From Phoronis australis (lineage: Eukaryota > Animalia > Phoronida): 64,000 nucleotides of DNA. This document shows positions 1 to 14,400 of this stretch, in pieces. Numbering within the stretch: the first letter of the stretch is position 1; each line of letters begins with the position of its first letter. The notes under the pieces are model-generated. The model was not told the DNA's origin. It did no database searches and worked only from the letters and a program-made list of their open reading frames with translations. The stretch is taken from positions 301,848 through 365,847 of the forward strand of contig NMRA01000455.1 of the NCBI GenBank assembly GCA_002633005.1. Direction: 5' to 3'. The translations under genes were made by a program, and so were the position numbers.

Positions 1-91
1 CAGTGTGCGGTGGGCAGTCTTCCACGATAACGAGGCCGCTAGTCCATAGCTTCAACAGAAATCCAAAGAGGACTTGATCGTCAGCCATTAC
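1..91 (-). CDS. BBOX1: Gamma-butyrobetaine dioxygenase-like, coding exon 3 (runs off the window edge)
   Basis: Minus strand ttttattttaag|GTA ATG GCT GAC... gives VMADDQVLFGFLLKLWTSGLVIVEDCPPHT. It is phase 0, matches the exon 2 donor, and resembles the 'vlxDDxxlxxwLxxLxxxGxxxxxxxP' segment of BBOX/TMLHE. Confidence 0.75.
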
Positions 92-2237
92 CTTAAAATA
101 AAACGATTTGTGAAATAAATAATCACAAAAAACACGAATTGATGATCAAAACACAACTTTGTGTAATATTCACAAAACAGATCTCGTAAATCCCTGTAGA
201 ATGCAATTTGTTTTAACATTTTTTTCTCCATTAACTCCTAATGTTGCTAAAAACCCATTTCTACAAGAACCACTAGATTTTGGCCACGTTCCGTTATAAA
301 ACTGGTCTCAATTTACTCCTTATTTACTGATTTTTTATTTGCCAAGAACTTGCAGTTTTTCAATGCTCACGATAATGCTCGGGACCTAAAATGACCCGCA
401 GTGTTAAACCAGCTTCACCGAGTGAACTTGCTGCCCAGTAATAACGAAGTCCCAGTTCTTCCCGAGTCAACAAGTCACTTCAGTTCTAATGTACATATAA
501 GCGCGGGCAGTTTGAGACCAATTTTACGACAGCAAGTTGATAGAAGGGAGAACAGTTGCAGGTTGAGGAGCGTTCAAGAATAGTTGTGTGGAGCGCAAGA
601 TCCAATTCTTAAATCTTAGGTCACCTTTCATGAGACGGACCCTGGAAATTTTTCATTTGAAGAAGTTTTTATTGCACTGCAGGTGATTTTGTGAGAGTGG
701 TAATAAAAACGTTTCAAAGCGTGCAAATGTGCAACCACGAACATCACATACTTTCTCGTTAACTCATTGACAACCCTTTCTCTCTTTTTTCCTTGCGTGC
801 TTCTTTTTTACGCACTAAGAAACCCTTCTTCCGGATTTCTTGCCTTGAGCAACATATTTTATCGCGAACAACTCGTATTCTTAAGACAGTTTCGATATTT
901 TATACAAAACTTACTGGTTGTGAGAATTGAACGATTTTGAAAATAGCACTGCGGTTTTCCAGTGAAGAATATTCGAAAAAAAAAAGATAATTCCGAAACA
1001 AAATACAGCTCCTGAAACAAGATTAGTGTTCATGAGAAGAAAACATTCCTGAGCGGTTCATGTTTGACAATAAAGGGCTAGAGACAGAAGCCTCAATGCA
1101 AACAATTTATCTTGAAAAATAAAATTAATGAACCCTGATAAACGAATTAAGAACTCGCCTCATTAATGTTCGTGCACATACATGTAAGCATAGTGACAAC
1201 TGAAACATTGTCCGTAGCAACAACCGTTAACACTTGTAAACAGTGAAAAGGAGAAGATTTTATACACAACGACGACACTATTGAAATGATCAGTGCACAA
1301 TAGAACCACACAAAGCAATAAGAAGCTACATGTATGTTGAGGTTTATAAACCTAAGTAAAATTCACAAACTTGTGACAAGAAAAATTCGTCGGCCGAGAA
1401 ATTACCAAAACATAAATCACCAAGACAGTTTTCCTTCTATACGATCACCAGATTGCAATTTTAAGTGATGCCGCTTGGTCCGAGGAACCCTTTTCACGCA
1501 GAACGGTTCGCTGAGGACGCCACGCCATCTATCAGAAAAGAAAAAAAATGGTCTTCAGCACTGTTGGCTGCGTTCTGTAGCGCAGCGAGATCATGCAAGT
1601 CTCCACCAGATGTCGCTTTGTATTACAATTGAAGTACGAAGTCACACTAGCTTTACTCGTGGGCCGGTTCTTGTGTCTGTAGAACAGGCTCCAGATATTC
1701 ACCGGTATGCTGCCGCAACAGTTCAAGTGGCGCTGGGTACGAGACTGGCTCCCGATGGGTAGCCAAGCCTGCTAGGAAGAGTTGCCAGGTGAACCCCCAT
1801 GTAAACAAAGTATTTGTCACTAAAAATCAAGATTTGTTGCGTCCATGTATTCGTGATGGCAATAAAGTGCCTATAGTGGTTACGCGGGCGCCAACTGTTT
1901 GGTCGGTGCCCTGACGAGGGTGCTCCCCAAATTACCTCTGGTCTATGAAAACAATTAACGGAAATACACGTATCTCTAAGTTACGCACATTTCGCAAACA
2001 ATTCTTCGCAGGACATCACTTTTGAAATGAAGTCACTGGAGCAGACGAAACACAGGCTGTTCTAAGGGGACGACGGCGGTGTTCCTGTTTGGGAGTGCTT
2101 TTAAAGAAATCACTTAAAAATGATTTCTGTTTTGATTGATGAAATAAATAACCTAGACAACATATCAAGAAACAATTCGATATGAATAATATGAACACGG
2201 CCCCAGAAATCTCATTGCATAATATCCAGGTTCTCAT

Positions 2238-2384
2238 TCACTCCCTTGCATACAGTCACTAGTAAGACCGCGCTCAGAGGAGTAGGAGACAAGGACAGTG
2301 CTCGACTGTCTCCCAGTAAAGCTAGGATTTGAACCCGGATCTTCCTAACGGGAGTCCGGAGCTCAAACCACTGAGCCACTATGT
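2238..2384 (-). mobile_element. tRNA-derived SINE (head and part of body)
   Basis: Minus strand has Pol III A box TGGCTCAGTGG (about 2379-2368) and B box GGTTCAAATCC (about 2335-2324) at tRNA-like spacing. There is no intact acceptor stem, and non-tRNA sequence follows. Confidence 0.65.
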
Positions 2385-5300
2385 ATCTGGTATAATTTTC
2401 TATGAATCATTTCTCGATTACAAGTACACAATCAGAACTACTGTTGTCTACCTTTCAGTTTTCTGTCATAAAAATGAAAATCATTTAATGGCAACTCTCC
2501 ACTGTCGTATAAAAACATGGCTGACAACGGTCGTTAGAGATAAGTAACTCGCAAAGGTTAAGAATATTGGATTGAACATAATCGTATACATTGTAAAGGT
2601 CAATGAACATTAAAAAGGCCAAGGTTTAAGTCCAAGTTTTAAAACAATCGGAAGCACCGTGACTCAGACAATCTACTGAAAGCTCATGGGTACTCCATGT
2701 AGGCGCCTTTTGGACGCGACCAAAATCGCAATTTTCGGGACTTGCCCTGAAAATTTCTCTCAAAGACTATGGTTGTGCTCCCTCTTACCACTTCCTACAC
2801 CCGCATCTCTCTGCATGAAAGGTCTAAATGGGAAGAGTAGAAACTCACCCCGGGAACCTAGCTAGACATTCTGTAGCGCTACCTGTTGGCGGAGATGGTA
2901 GATCAATATGCAGATGTTCGAGTTTACCACATCCAAGTTGCTATTTTCTCATAGAGACAAAAATATACATAATCCAGGACGCAGGGTGGAATTGACGAAA
3001 CTGGTGAGTGTGGTGACCGGGAGTATAATAGTGAAACAATTTAAACTTCTTGCCACCCTGGTGTTTCCGATTGGTCTAATGCCAAAATGCGTTTGTTAAT
3101 GGTCATGCAACAGTATACTGCATATACCCTTAGACATGATTGTACCAGGCAACTGAAATGCCACTCTTCAAAAGCTCTATCTGTTATCCAGGTTCTGTAC
3201 CCACATGCGGTACCTAAAGAAACTCTTCATTTTACCCTCACCAATTTAGAACACGTGATAAGTTTAATCACTGAGTCGAAAAGACAACTCTAAACTTTCA
3301 CAATCTCCCGCCCCCACTGATTGCGCCTGCCTATTTTATCATTGTATTTGGAGAAAGTGGGCGGGACGTCCGCGGAAACCTAGTTAGAGTTGAATGAGTA
3401 CTCTTAATGCAGGGGACAGCTGTAACACACTACCGTGGCCATTTTTTGTGGTAGTGCACCACCATGAATGAAAATTAAGTCAAGAACTCGTATTGAATTC
3501 AGTTCAGTTTGAAAACATTTGGAGTGGTATTGAATGAGTATTATAGTAGCAAGGGTTCTATCGAACTAACTTGTATTAAAATCCGTTGATGAAGGTAAGC
3601 GGAAAAAGTATCTTTAACATGGAATAAGCACAACTTTTTATCTTGTAATAATGGGCAAAAAAGGAAATGCAAAATGACAACTTCAGCTTTTGAAGTTGAG
3701 TGGATTTCTTTTCCCCTGATTTCCCTGCACGTAAATGTTTTAATCTCGATTAAAACGTTTTTTCCGAACTTTTTAGCGCATTCCGATTTCCACGGCAAAT
3801 TGTTGTTTGTCAGTTCTAATAGCTGCACTAAAGACCAGCGCCGACTCACAGTTTCGAGCGGATAAAAGTCAGAGTCCCACTGCAGGTCAAGCCGGTTGCT
3901 CACCTTTCGAGTAACAGGGTCTCAGATAGTGTGTCTACATGTACCATTGTGAAGAGAGTTCAGTGCCTGAGCGAATGTCTGGAGATAACGTTATATATTT
4001 GTGGGATCTCATTTTTTACAGGTGCGAGTCAATAGTTGCTGCGCAATTCGACTGAGATCTGTATGACACTAAGGTCTGCGCTTTCAATCTACGGACTTCC
4101 AACCCTGTTTGGATTCAGGGTTTGTTTTCTAAGCGGTTCCTAAGTGTATTTTGCCGTACAGTTAGATGGCTGGCTACACCCAACGTCGCTTTTTATCTTC
4201 ATCAACCTCACTGTAACAAGGAAGCGTAGCTTCACTGCATGCACAAGAATTAAAAGATACACCACAGCAAGTGATGACGATTTGTTTGTGTCCCGTGTAC
4301 AGTATGTCCAACCCAAGCGACGACCGCAGTGGAGACTGAGATATCGACTCTCATTCGTTGTCATATATCATTGTATTCGTAACATCAGTTTTTTATTTAT
4401 GTATTTGTATATAATCATTGTATATAGACTTCTTTGTATTTTTTACCCAGATCTAATGCCTCTTGGCGCTTTCTGGGTTATGTATATTCATTGTATTCTG
4501 AAGATTTCGTAATAAACATTAACAAAAACTCTGAGCACACCGCTGTTTGTGAGAACGGAGTCGGCTAGACCACCGGTCAACGACCTTTGGCTGGTTAGCC
4601 GGGACTTGTTTGACAAAGATTTGTGGACTGTGCTTTTTATAAAAATTCACTTAATCCTTACTTTTTGATCAGGAATAGCCTTCATTCAATGGGTTTGGAA
4701 ACATCACTGGCACTTAAATACAATTCGTAACTGTTCGCTTCCTGACTGGGCAATCCTAATGGTTGACGTTTGTCCAAACCTTTGAATTCTTAAAGATGTA
4801 TTTGCATACTCCTAACTATGGTAATGTATATCAAGAACTAAACGACAATGCTATTTGAACGTCGTCTACGTTAAACAAAGTGCAGTTGTATTCATCGACA
4901 ACTTGTAAATGTGAAAATAAAAGTTCTGCAAATACAGTAGGTGACCTCTGCGGCACTAATGACGTACCTTAGGGGCTCACATTGCCCGCACCGTGCAGTG
5001 TTATTCCCCAGCACCACGTCCCGATACTTACTAGACATGTTTGAGTTATTTACGGCGGATCATTTTCGTCGGTCACAAACTCGTTCTTAAAAACATTTGG
5101 AAATTTTCAACCTACTTCGTATTCACGTCGTCGCTATATGTTGTGTTTCTAACAAATTTGACCAAGCAATCACAGAGATAAGGAATTAGCATGCAAGTTG
5201 CACTTGAAGGCACCCCGGCACTATACTCAAGAGATCCATGGGATCCACTATACTACCGCAAGTATACTGGCTGATCCTATGCATTCATTTGATGGTAATT

Positions 5301-6771
5301 CCATTCGGCTACTAAAATTAAGTACGCGCACCGACATTGGCACTCGTAGCCTAACATCCTTATCCTACGCTGAATGTTCGTTTCTACGTGTAGATTAACC
5401 AAGTATATACATATCGAATAAGTACGTTTTACGCTGAGAATGTCACTCGTTTAAGAACCCTTTGACGTGTCAAAGATTTACTGTCCAGCTAGCCATCGGA
5501 TGGTGTGAATAATCAAAGTACAACGACTAACTACGGTGGCATCAGAAGCGTTCTCAGCATCAGAATGCTGTTAACTCCATGTTTGAACAAGAAGAAAATT
5601 CCTCTTACACCAAACATATGTACATGTGTTTTTGTGTACAGGAAAAGTGTAATTTCTTATGTTTGCTTACTAATGAATACTATCAATTGTTTTGTTTTAA
5701 TTGATACGGGGTCAATCAATTTTGTTCATGGCGTAATACAAAAATGTGTGATGAAACCCAGACAGAGTCCATATTACCGTAATACTTGACCGAGCGTCGT
5801 AAAAACTATTACACATCAGATACTCAGTGAGAGATAAGACCTCAGAAAAAGTAAACGTCTCTCCCAGGGATTATCGACAGGGCTGCGTTCCGTAAACCCA
5901 GGTCACTCTCGTGTAATACAAATTCCTATGGAATACATTCCAGTTTCCATCTTTCTAAAAATTATAATAGGGTTACATTAGACAAAATAGATACAGGGTG
6001 TTACCTTTCTGGCTGAATAAGAATCAAACAGGAACACGTTCAGGCAAAAAAAAACAAAAACAAGCAGACCGTCTCGAAAATTCGTCGAGCAAAAATTTGG
6101 TTGCAGGCAAAACTTTTGTAATTGCAAATAATTCACGTATTACGTGCAAAGGTGCAGAGTAGTATCTCTGTACTTTGTTTGCCCGAGTTTTCCTAAAGTT
6201 TGATCATGCAGTTACGAGTACAGGTGCAAGAGTGGCATCCATAGACAATTTAACATGCACGTTTTTGCTTTGGGCTAATCTAATCGTGCATGTATGTACA
6301 CGCATTACAACTCTTATTTACTGTACATGCTCATATTTGCGCCTATGCGTCTTTTTCAGAAAAAGACTAAAGCCCATCTACGGTTCTCTTTGCTATTTTA
6401 GCTCATATATGTCGTTGCTAAGAACGTACTGGTCGCGTTGGTCATGACATTCAAAAGGCCTATGGCCTAACCAGCACAAGACCTGGACTCCTTTACAGTA
6501 ATGACGAGTGATCAGTTATCAGCAAAAATTTAAAAAATGTTGTCTCGAGCTTCGTAGAAGTTATCGAAAATCGCGAGTGAAATCCAAAGACTTGACTGTG
6601 AATAGACTTAGTGAGCCTGCTTCGAAATTTCGCCGACTTTCGACGAGAAATGACCAGGTCGAAAGACGGGTTTTAGCAGCTTTGAAACATAAAACGGGAA
6701 CGACAAAATAGTTCACACACCCTATCCATCACCACTGAACCGCGACAGTCTCACAAAAATGTCAGCTTTAC

Positions 6772-6957
6772 CTGATCGTAGCTAAACTTTGGGATAGTAT
6801 AATCTGCTCCCCATTCTTCTTGGGGTGGGCTGAATTCGTTCAACCTTGACTGCTGTTCTTTTGGGTCAAAACTTTTGGTCTTCAACCAGTCGACCGAAAA
6901 CTCACTCTGATGTCCATCCGCCCATTCACACTTCAGTACTTTTCCATCATCACTTGC
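6772..6957 (-). CDS. BBOX1: Gamma-butyrobetaine dioxygenase-like, coding exon 2
   Basis: tag|GCA...CAG|gtaaag, 186 nt, phase 0-0: ASDDGKVLKCEWADGHQSEFSVDWLKTKSFDPKEQQSRLNEFSPPQEEWGADYTIPKFSYDQ. Contains the WxDGHxSxFxxxWL motif of the GBBH N-terminal Zn domain. Confidence 0.9.
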
Positions 6958-7516
6958 CTAAAAGTACAGCAAAAATAATCAACGTGATGAGTCTTACTTG
7001 CAAAAAGTTGAAAAGAATACACGATTATGAGGTTGCTCCTGGAGTGTTGAAAATCGAGAGCGACTAGGTCACTACAGGGGAGACTATCCTCTGATTTTAG
7101 CTGGACGGTCCTCAAAACGAAAATATGACAGCTTAAAAGTCACCAGGACATTTTACTGCATAATTTTAATAGCTGTTTTTGGACTGGAATTGAACTCTAC
7201 CTCACCTTTTTAGAGAAAAAAACTACAACAGCGTAGAGCCCTCTGACCCGGTGTACTGAACATGTGAAGGTTGAAGAAAATTTGCAATGAGAGTTTATCA
7301 CAACAAAAGTCCACAAAAAGTATTTTAGCATGGACGGGTTTCTACTTATGGCGTCGACTGGCCTTTTCATTGCAACCATTTCAAAAGTATTAAACATAGA
7401 ACGTATCGAGATCTCTGAATGTATCACGTGATTACCAAAATTGATGACTACCAACTGGTCAGACAAAATTCTGCTTGTTTATATAGTGTAACTACATGTG
7501 TATAATATGTGGTTAC

Positions 7517-7864
7517 CTTAACCGAACTTAAGTCTACATTCGTGTCCAAATCTCCAGCCAGAAGAACCCTGCTTTTCGCGCTCGAGTTGTGACATTCGCT
7601 GCACAAACAACTGTCCCGCAGCCAAACAATCGGGTACATTTGAAGGCGGCCATCTTGCATTTTCACATTGACAAGTCTGCTCCTTCCATCGTTGTGGACT
7701 TCCGAGATGAATTCTTGCCAAGCCCAGTTGCTTGTCGAAAATCTTCTTTGATGGAAACATGCGTTTGTTGAGAGTTTTGTTACGTGCTTTAAAGAGGAAT
7801 TACTGGTCGTCAACTTGGAAAGTTTAGCCAATCGAGGCAAAAATCTTAGTGCCATTGGTTTCAT
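7517..7864 (-). CDS. BBOX1: Gamma-butyrobetaine dioxygenase-like, first coding exon, with N-terminal extension
   Basis: ATG at 7864 to AAG|gtaacc at 7517 (116 codons). Contains YPIVWLRDSCLCSECHNSSAKSR (WLRDxCxCxxC Zn motif). An acceptor ttccag near 7892 implies an upstream 5'UTR exon. TMLHE is the alternative assignment. Confidence 0.88.
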
Positions 7865-10248
7865 TCCTCTCGTGTCCTATTAGTCAGTCAACTGGAATTT
7901 CAAAAGATAGCAATCACAAGATCCATTATAAAACACCACAGCGTTGGAGTGTAGCCTTTTTACTCCAAGCTGTATCTAGTCAAACCTATTTTCACGTAGT
8001 TACAATATACAACTATTTTCAGACGAAAAAGCGTGACATCAGTATCTTGCAATATCGTCCACCAAAAGCAATACCAAAAAACAACTGTACTTTGGATAAA
8101 TAGGCTTCATTTCTGCTGCTTCCTCTACTTGCAAATTGAACCGATAACGGTGATTTTTGCCAGCATTTTCTGCGCTGGGGTTTCCCAGGCAACTGTTGCA
8201 CTGATTCATCACTCGCTTAGGGCAACCGATCTTTAGGAAGTCTGTTTCAACAAAATGCCTATTTGTTATTATTAATTGCGCAACTACTTTCTTGAGTTAC
8301 TCAAATGCTTTGGAATAAAATTTAATAATCAAGAGTTTCTAGTGTCTCTAAAAGTTTTCAATCTCCCTTTATCAGGGCTCCTTGCTTAAGTATTTATAGT
8401 GGACTCGCGAAGCGCCGTCGGTTTCCATGACATTTTGTTTGGCACTTCTTGGTGAACCGATTTGAGGTCCAGCTGGCCACGCCACCTGGTGGATCTCCAA
8501 CACACACTTTTCAGAATACCGCAACGCCCTCTCCGATTCTGCAACATATACACACTACTACGCTGCGAGTCTGCAGAGCACCTGTACCTCAATTCTACAC
8601 TGCTGTCATGCACGTCGCCCCGTATTTGTTTGTCATTCCTCATTCTGATGCCAATGCAATTTTACTGTTCCATATTTTGAGATATAAAATAGGTAAGCGG
8701 GATTGAGATGCCGTAGAGTTGGAACACGTCAGGACGTCGCTACCATGCAGATAACCAGTCAGAACACTGCATTAGTAAACAGCCGTGAATATCGTGTCTC
8801 TCAAGTACATAAGCATGTATCATACGACAACTCAGAACAAGATTTTAGTTATCCTTAAGCACCAAGTTTATTTTTTATTTATACCACTTTCCCGTATAAA
8901 ATTAGTTTCAAACTGTTCTTATGTCAAGTCAGAAAAGATGTCTACGACTACGTTCAGGAAGAAATAAAAGCCCCTTGTCCTACAACATTATCCGGTCTCC
9001 ACAAGGTGGCGCGTTACCTGTCGTTTCGTGAACCGATCGCGGCTTCAACTGGGCAATAACGAAACGTCAGTTTTCCCAGGCCCAGAAACCATTTCTCACC
9101 TGAGTTAGTAAACAGTAACATAAAATCTAATTTTATGGCTTTACGTAGATAGTTAGTTTCTTTCATTGATGGATCATAGCCATGACTTAAAACTTGCGCT
9201 TACAAATTACCCACACTCACACCGATCCTCTGCAGACAGTGCATTACCATACCCTCTGTGTTCCCATGACAACAAACTTGCCTAATATGGTGGAATTAAT
9301 TACAAGCACGCTACTTTGTAACAAAGGATTACACGCTCAAGTAACTCGGGCATGTCTTCATGAATAGGCTTCAGTTGATTTGCTGCTTGGGTTAGGGAAA
9401 GCACCTCACCTAGCCTAGTCTTGGTGTAGCAAGGTCTGTAAACTATTCTCATGGTATGCACGCTATAAAAATGTCAAAGGAACCCATGTTTAGTAATTGG
9501 GTGTATTTTCAACCACTTTGTGTCAGAGTTGCAGTTAAAAAATCTACACTTAAGCATTTCTAAACAGGTTTCCATGAAGTACTATAAAAATGTTTACAGA
9601 AGGCAGGAGCGCTCTTTTTTAACATGAACGATAATGCCTAAGGGTTTTACTAGCCAGCCACAATGGTTACGCACAGATACGAATAACTGACTGGTCTCCG
9701 ATGACCTTCCAAGTGGGCGAATTGAAGAGTCCTTTATCTAAAAGGTTTCGACAAAACAGGGATTTTGTCACATTTCAGTCACAGTTCGCGGACTTCGAAA
9801 AAATCATGAGACTGAAAAATGTGCTCGGAAGCTAACTATCCAATTAAAATGGCGCTAACTGAAATGAAATTCCATCATGTTATTGATACCGTTGTTTTGC
9901 TATCCATGTACCTTTCTTTTTGTTGAAAATATATGATCACGTGACGCAAGTGGTATTACCTTGGTAAAAAGTCCAAAATCAGAGTCTACATAAAAACTTG
10001 CATTTTGATACAACAGAAAGAATTGCTACCTGAAACGCAGCGTCGTCAAACCAACAAATTATCTTCGCCAGTTACGTTGAACGATGTTTTCCTATCTAAC
10101 TGTGTGGTTACTTATCCCCGACTACAGTATCACTGACAAGTAAGTGTTCCTAAATTACACTATCAGTTTGATGATACCCACAGATTGAAGCGTTTTTGTA
10201 CCAGTATCAAGATCCGGGGGTTAGTCGTGCCGGGTCTGACATTAGTTA

Positions 10249-10687
10249 CCGGGGGTTTCAGTAGATAACCCGAATCGATGAAACGCTCATGGGTGTTTAT
10301 TCGGAAAATTAAGCTGAATACACGCCCATGGGCGTTTATTTGGTGTTACATCTTGTGGTGTCAAGTGTCCAGACAGCGGGACGTTTAGTTGGAAATTTTC
10401 CTCTTAAAAGCCCACTCAGCGTCAACTTTTTGTCACAAATTCAATTCTGTGGAGCATTGATCATTTATAAAAATGAACAAGGCGTTGGCGAACTATGCAT
10501 TTATTAACACAAAATTTAAAAACTACGTTTTAAGTAAAAGAATGTCAAGTCAACAAAACTATGAATTTCCGTTTAAACGCACCCTTTTCCGAATACACGC
10601 CCGGGCGTTTATTTGGCTTGGCTAAAACACCTGAAAATTTTCATTTTCCGAATACACGCCCATGGGCTTATCTACGGAAATTACCGG
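10249..10687. mobile_element. TA-flanked MITE (Tc1/mariner/pogo-type), copy 1
   Basis: TA|CCGGGGGTTTCAGTAGATAA ... TTATCTACGGAAATTACCGG|TA imperfect TIRs, with internal ACGCCCATGGGCGT palindromes. Colinear homolog at 31517-31953. Confidence 0.75.
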
Positions 10688-12732
10688 TATCCCGCGAGAC
10701 CCCGCCGTCCTATTAACGCCGAGTTGACCTGGGTAAATAGAGCAAAAGGAAACACCTACACGCGATCCAAAGTTTCGAGAAAAGTCCTACAATATTAATG
10801 CCATTTTGTGGAGATAAGGGCAGTCTGATTTCGCTGGAGACTAAGTTAAGTGGAATCTCCAATGCGCCACAGGTCCTTGCAAAACTAGATCAAGTAGCCC
10901 TCTTGACCTGTACCCGGATTAATCTAGCTGAATGTGGATTCGTCGACTACACTTTAAACATGAACTGTGCTTTAACACTGCCACAAAGTTACACATTCGG
11001 GGGCAGTCGAGTTTATTTTAGAGAGGATGTACGACTGAAGATTTAAGATACCATTCGTCGATAGTCTTAATTTTAAGCATGTACATGTATTCTGACGTCT
11101 CGTGAAGTTCCTTTCTATTTCACACCGACAACCGACTACCGTAGACAACATTCAGAAATGTGACCACAATGTACATGTAAGCATTTTCAAGAAAAAACGA
11201 CCTTACTAATGTAGGCCAGGTTGTGGGCCTAAAGATGGCACTTGGCTCGATATTTGCTCCGTTTAACGACACATCCGTGTATATCAGTTGACGCAAGTAG
11301 TCCCCGGAGTTATCAACTTTCAACCGGTTCTCACGTTTGGCGCGTCGGGTCAGGGCAGTTCTTTGCGGATTAACTGTTCGTTTTTGGCAGGGCACCAAGA
11401 TCATTTATCAGCTCAAAATAAATCTTTGTGAGAATGCAATCGCTTCGCGAGGCAAAACTTATTCAACTTTAACCTAGGATGAAAAGCCTTTGAGAAAATT
11501 AAAGACTCAAGAGAAAATACTTAAAAGAATACTAAATTTTGTTTTAATGATTTCAACCAGTCCATGTTCTGTTACTTCAGTGCTAATACGTCATTGAAGT
11601 TGCACTCCTATGGAAAAATCAGAATCCAACTAAAATTCATACTTCTGTGTCACAGATATGATATTATGGTTCTTGATGAGTGATCTTTCCTTACAGTTGT
11701 GTTACTCGCCTAAAGTACAGGTCACGCTTGCCCGTTTAGCACAATTTGAAAGGAGTTTTTCAAAGTTTGCTCGAACCTCTTGAAGGTTGTCCAGGATTAC
11801 AGGGCATTATTTTGTTTTAGAGAACTGAATGGGAAAGTCGTTTTTGATACCTATTTCACCCCAAAACCGGGTTTAGTATCTTTTTCATTAATTCACTCTA
11901 CGTAAAAAGTTAAAGATATGTCTAGGACTCTTTAAAAGTGGTCAAATTTGGCAAAATTCGGAACATCAAAGCTCAAAAACGGCTGATTGTATTCATATTA
12001 AACTTTTGAATACAATGCTTTGTGCACTGCTCTCAAAAACACTGATATGAATTGCTTTGACACTGTTCCACTTTTATGATCTTCATGAAAAATCTTTACT
12101 GTTGCTAAAACGACCACCAAATAATAGTTTAGAATACAGTAACAGCGTTTTTGATATCTCACCATGAACATTTATAACAACTAAACTTGATCGTGTGATT
12201 GATAACGTTGTTTTGCTATCAATGTACCTTAGGTCAAAGAGCATAATTTTGTGCTTTATTTGCGCTAACTGCGAAGCGATACCGAAGCAAGTTTACAGTG
12301 AACCAACACGTGAGGGTGAGATAAAAGGTCATTTATGTTATGACAAACTAAACTACATGTACTACAGATATGGATAAAAACAAAAGTTATATCATGTGTT
12401 CAGCTTTAAAGGTGGGTGATAATCTGCCGCAGATGCAGCAGAAGAATATATATGCCCACCCATCTAAAAGCGACAATAGTGCCATCTGTGTTCAATCCAT
12501 GGTGACAGGTTATGTAATAGATTATGCTAATCCTACAATTCTTCGCTATGATGTAGATTCAGACTGGCTATTAAGGAGAGCCTTGCCATTAGTGATTTAA
12601 ATGCTGGGGCTTCGCTGAATGGCAACCTGGGGTCGATTGAGCTCATCCTTTGGGGATAACTTTGACCTTTGCATGTGACTGGTCTACAGGGGAGTTTGGT
12701 TTAGTTGATCAAGTTACTTGTGACCCTGCTTG

Positions 12733-13518
12733 CAGTGCTGTAGTGATCACAGAAGTGGTTTTCTAGGCCTCCAGTGGCCTACGGCCCATGGCCTAAGTGG
12801 GGCGTAGGCGCACGTAGGCGCAGCCAACCACCTTTTGCTTTTTATCGTAGCGCCTACCCATCGTAAATTACGGCATAGTGGGGCGTAAGCGCACATAGTT
12901 GCAGCAAACAACCTATTTACATTTTATCGTAGCAACCACTACATTTTAACGTTGCGCCTAGGCACTGAAAGTGACGGGGCGTATTCTCAATACGATAGCC
13001 CAGCCTACGGCATCAGTGGCTACGCTGACATCATTGTTCCGAATATTTCGGCGCGAGCGACCACCAGGCATACATATATGCTTGCCAAGTAATGTAACTT
13101 GTACTAATATTTCAAGATAGAGAAATAGTTATGGTGTCGCATCATAGGTGGATAAATGGGGTGGGGGGAGTGGCGAAGGGCCCCGAGGATACACCCTAAA
13201 AATAGCCGCAGCATATTCATTTCTTGGTGTAACACTCCAATTCTCCTTTATACTGTAATTGTGCTTGGGCCCCCTTCAGAGACTGCTTGGGGTGCACGCG
13301 TACCTTTGCCTTCGAATATGTGTGGTTGTACCTCTTTCTGCGACATCCAAGATCTGCCACTGTAGACTTTATATAAATACCCCCTTGTGAGTCAGAAAGT
13401 AGGCCCGCATGTTCGCGAGCCAGGTTTTGCAGGTGCAATGAACTTTTAAAATTCAGCGCTAAAGGCGATACGATGGGCTTTGGGCGCCTACTTACCTCTA
13501 ATTACCACTACAGCACTG
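12733..13518. mobile_element. hAT-type MITE, long copy
   Basis: TIR CAGTGCTGTAGTG ... CACTACAGCACTG. Shares GGGGCGTAGGCGCACGTAGGCGCAGCCAACCACC and its right end with 22614-22769. TSD is degenerate (cctgcttg/tatgctgg). Confidence 0.75.
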
Positions 13519-13879
13519 TATGCTGGTTGTGCTTGGATTTTATCCTTGAGGATAGTAAAGTGAAATTCATCGAAATGTTGGACTTGTAAATACAGCGTCA
13601 CAATGCTGACAACAATTGTGCTGAGTTTTCAATAACTAATTTGACCCAAAACCAAAATCGTCAATGTACCTTTCTTTTTCGCTAAATTTTACTGTAAACA
13701 CACGGTCACGTGACCGTTTGCTAAAAAGTCAAACATCAAATTCCGCAGCTTTTCTACTTTCAGAATATATCTACTTTTAAGGAGTTAAAATTTATACTTT
13801 CCTGGATCAAATTTGTTAAATGTACAGGCATGTCGATAAGGTCCTACCTAGCCTTAACTGTCACCAGTTCAAAGAGCAG

Positions 13880-14400
13880 CTGATTATTGTCGGGTGGCGT
13901 TAATATTGGCGGCGCATTATTGTAATTGTATCTAGAGAAGGCAGGAAGTCACAAAAAACGGAACAAGAAGCAATTTATTGTTACAAGACGGCTGCAAGTG
14001 AAAGTAGTTGCTTATGACCGCGAAAAAAATGTCAATTGTTCACAATGAAAGTGACAAAGTCAGTGAGATTTGTAACTTTAAACAGATGGAAACGAACTCC
14101 TGTTTTCTCACATGAACTGGAAGGTTTTACTACACGACTGGCTAATAACATCGACTACGTCTTTTATAATATTTTTGCGATATTACATGGCCGAATCACA
14201 AAGTAGTGCAAAATAAAAGTACATACGCCCTACACTTTGGCGTCTGCAAAACCCTAATAACAACCAAACAATGCCGGAATTCCGTGAAGGTGACAAAGTT
14301 GTGATTCAAATCTGACACGCTTCAATATGACATCCAAAGCAGCATCATCATGTATGTACTCCCAGTCGGAAAGACATACAAACAACTTAAACGGACCGAT
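13880..14400 (+). mobile_element. Possible highly decayed Gypsy-type integrase remnant
   Basis: Broken peptides TDGNELLFS, MPEFREGDKVVI and YVLPVGKTYKQLKR occur in the order expected for a Gypsy integrase core and C-terminus. Many stops and frameshifts. Confidence 0.3.

Noticed and set aside
2310-2384. tRNA gene
   Set aside because: A and B boxes are present but there is no convincing acceptor stem or terminator. It fits a SINE head better.
3541-3903. 120-aa ORF (and similar ORFs at 4144-4512, 8386-8706, 15495-15839, 30242-30604, 32571-33038)
   Set aside because: No recognisable motifs or consistent splice and phase context. Likely chance ORFs or decayed TE sequence.
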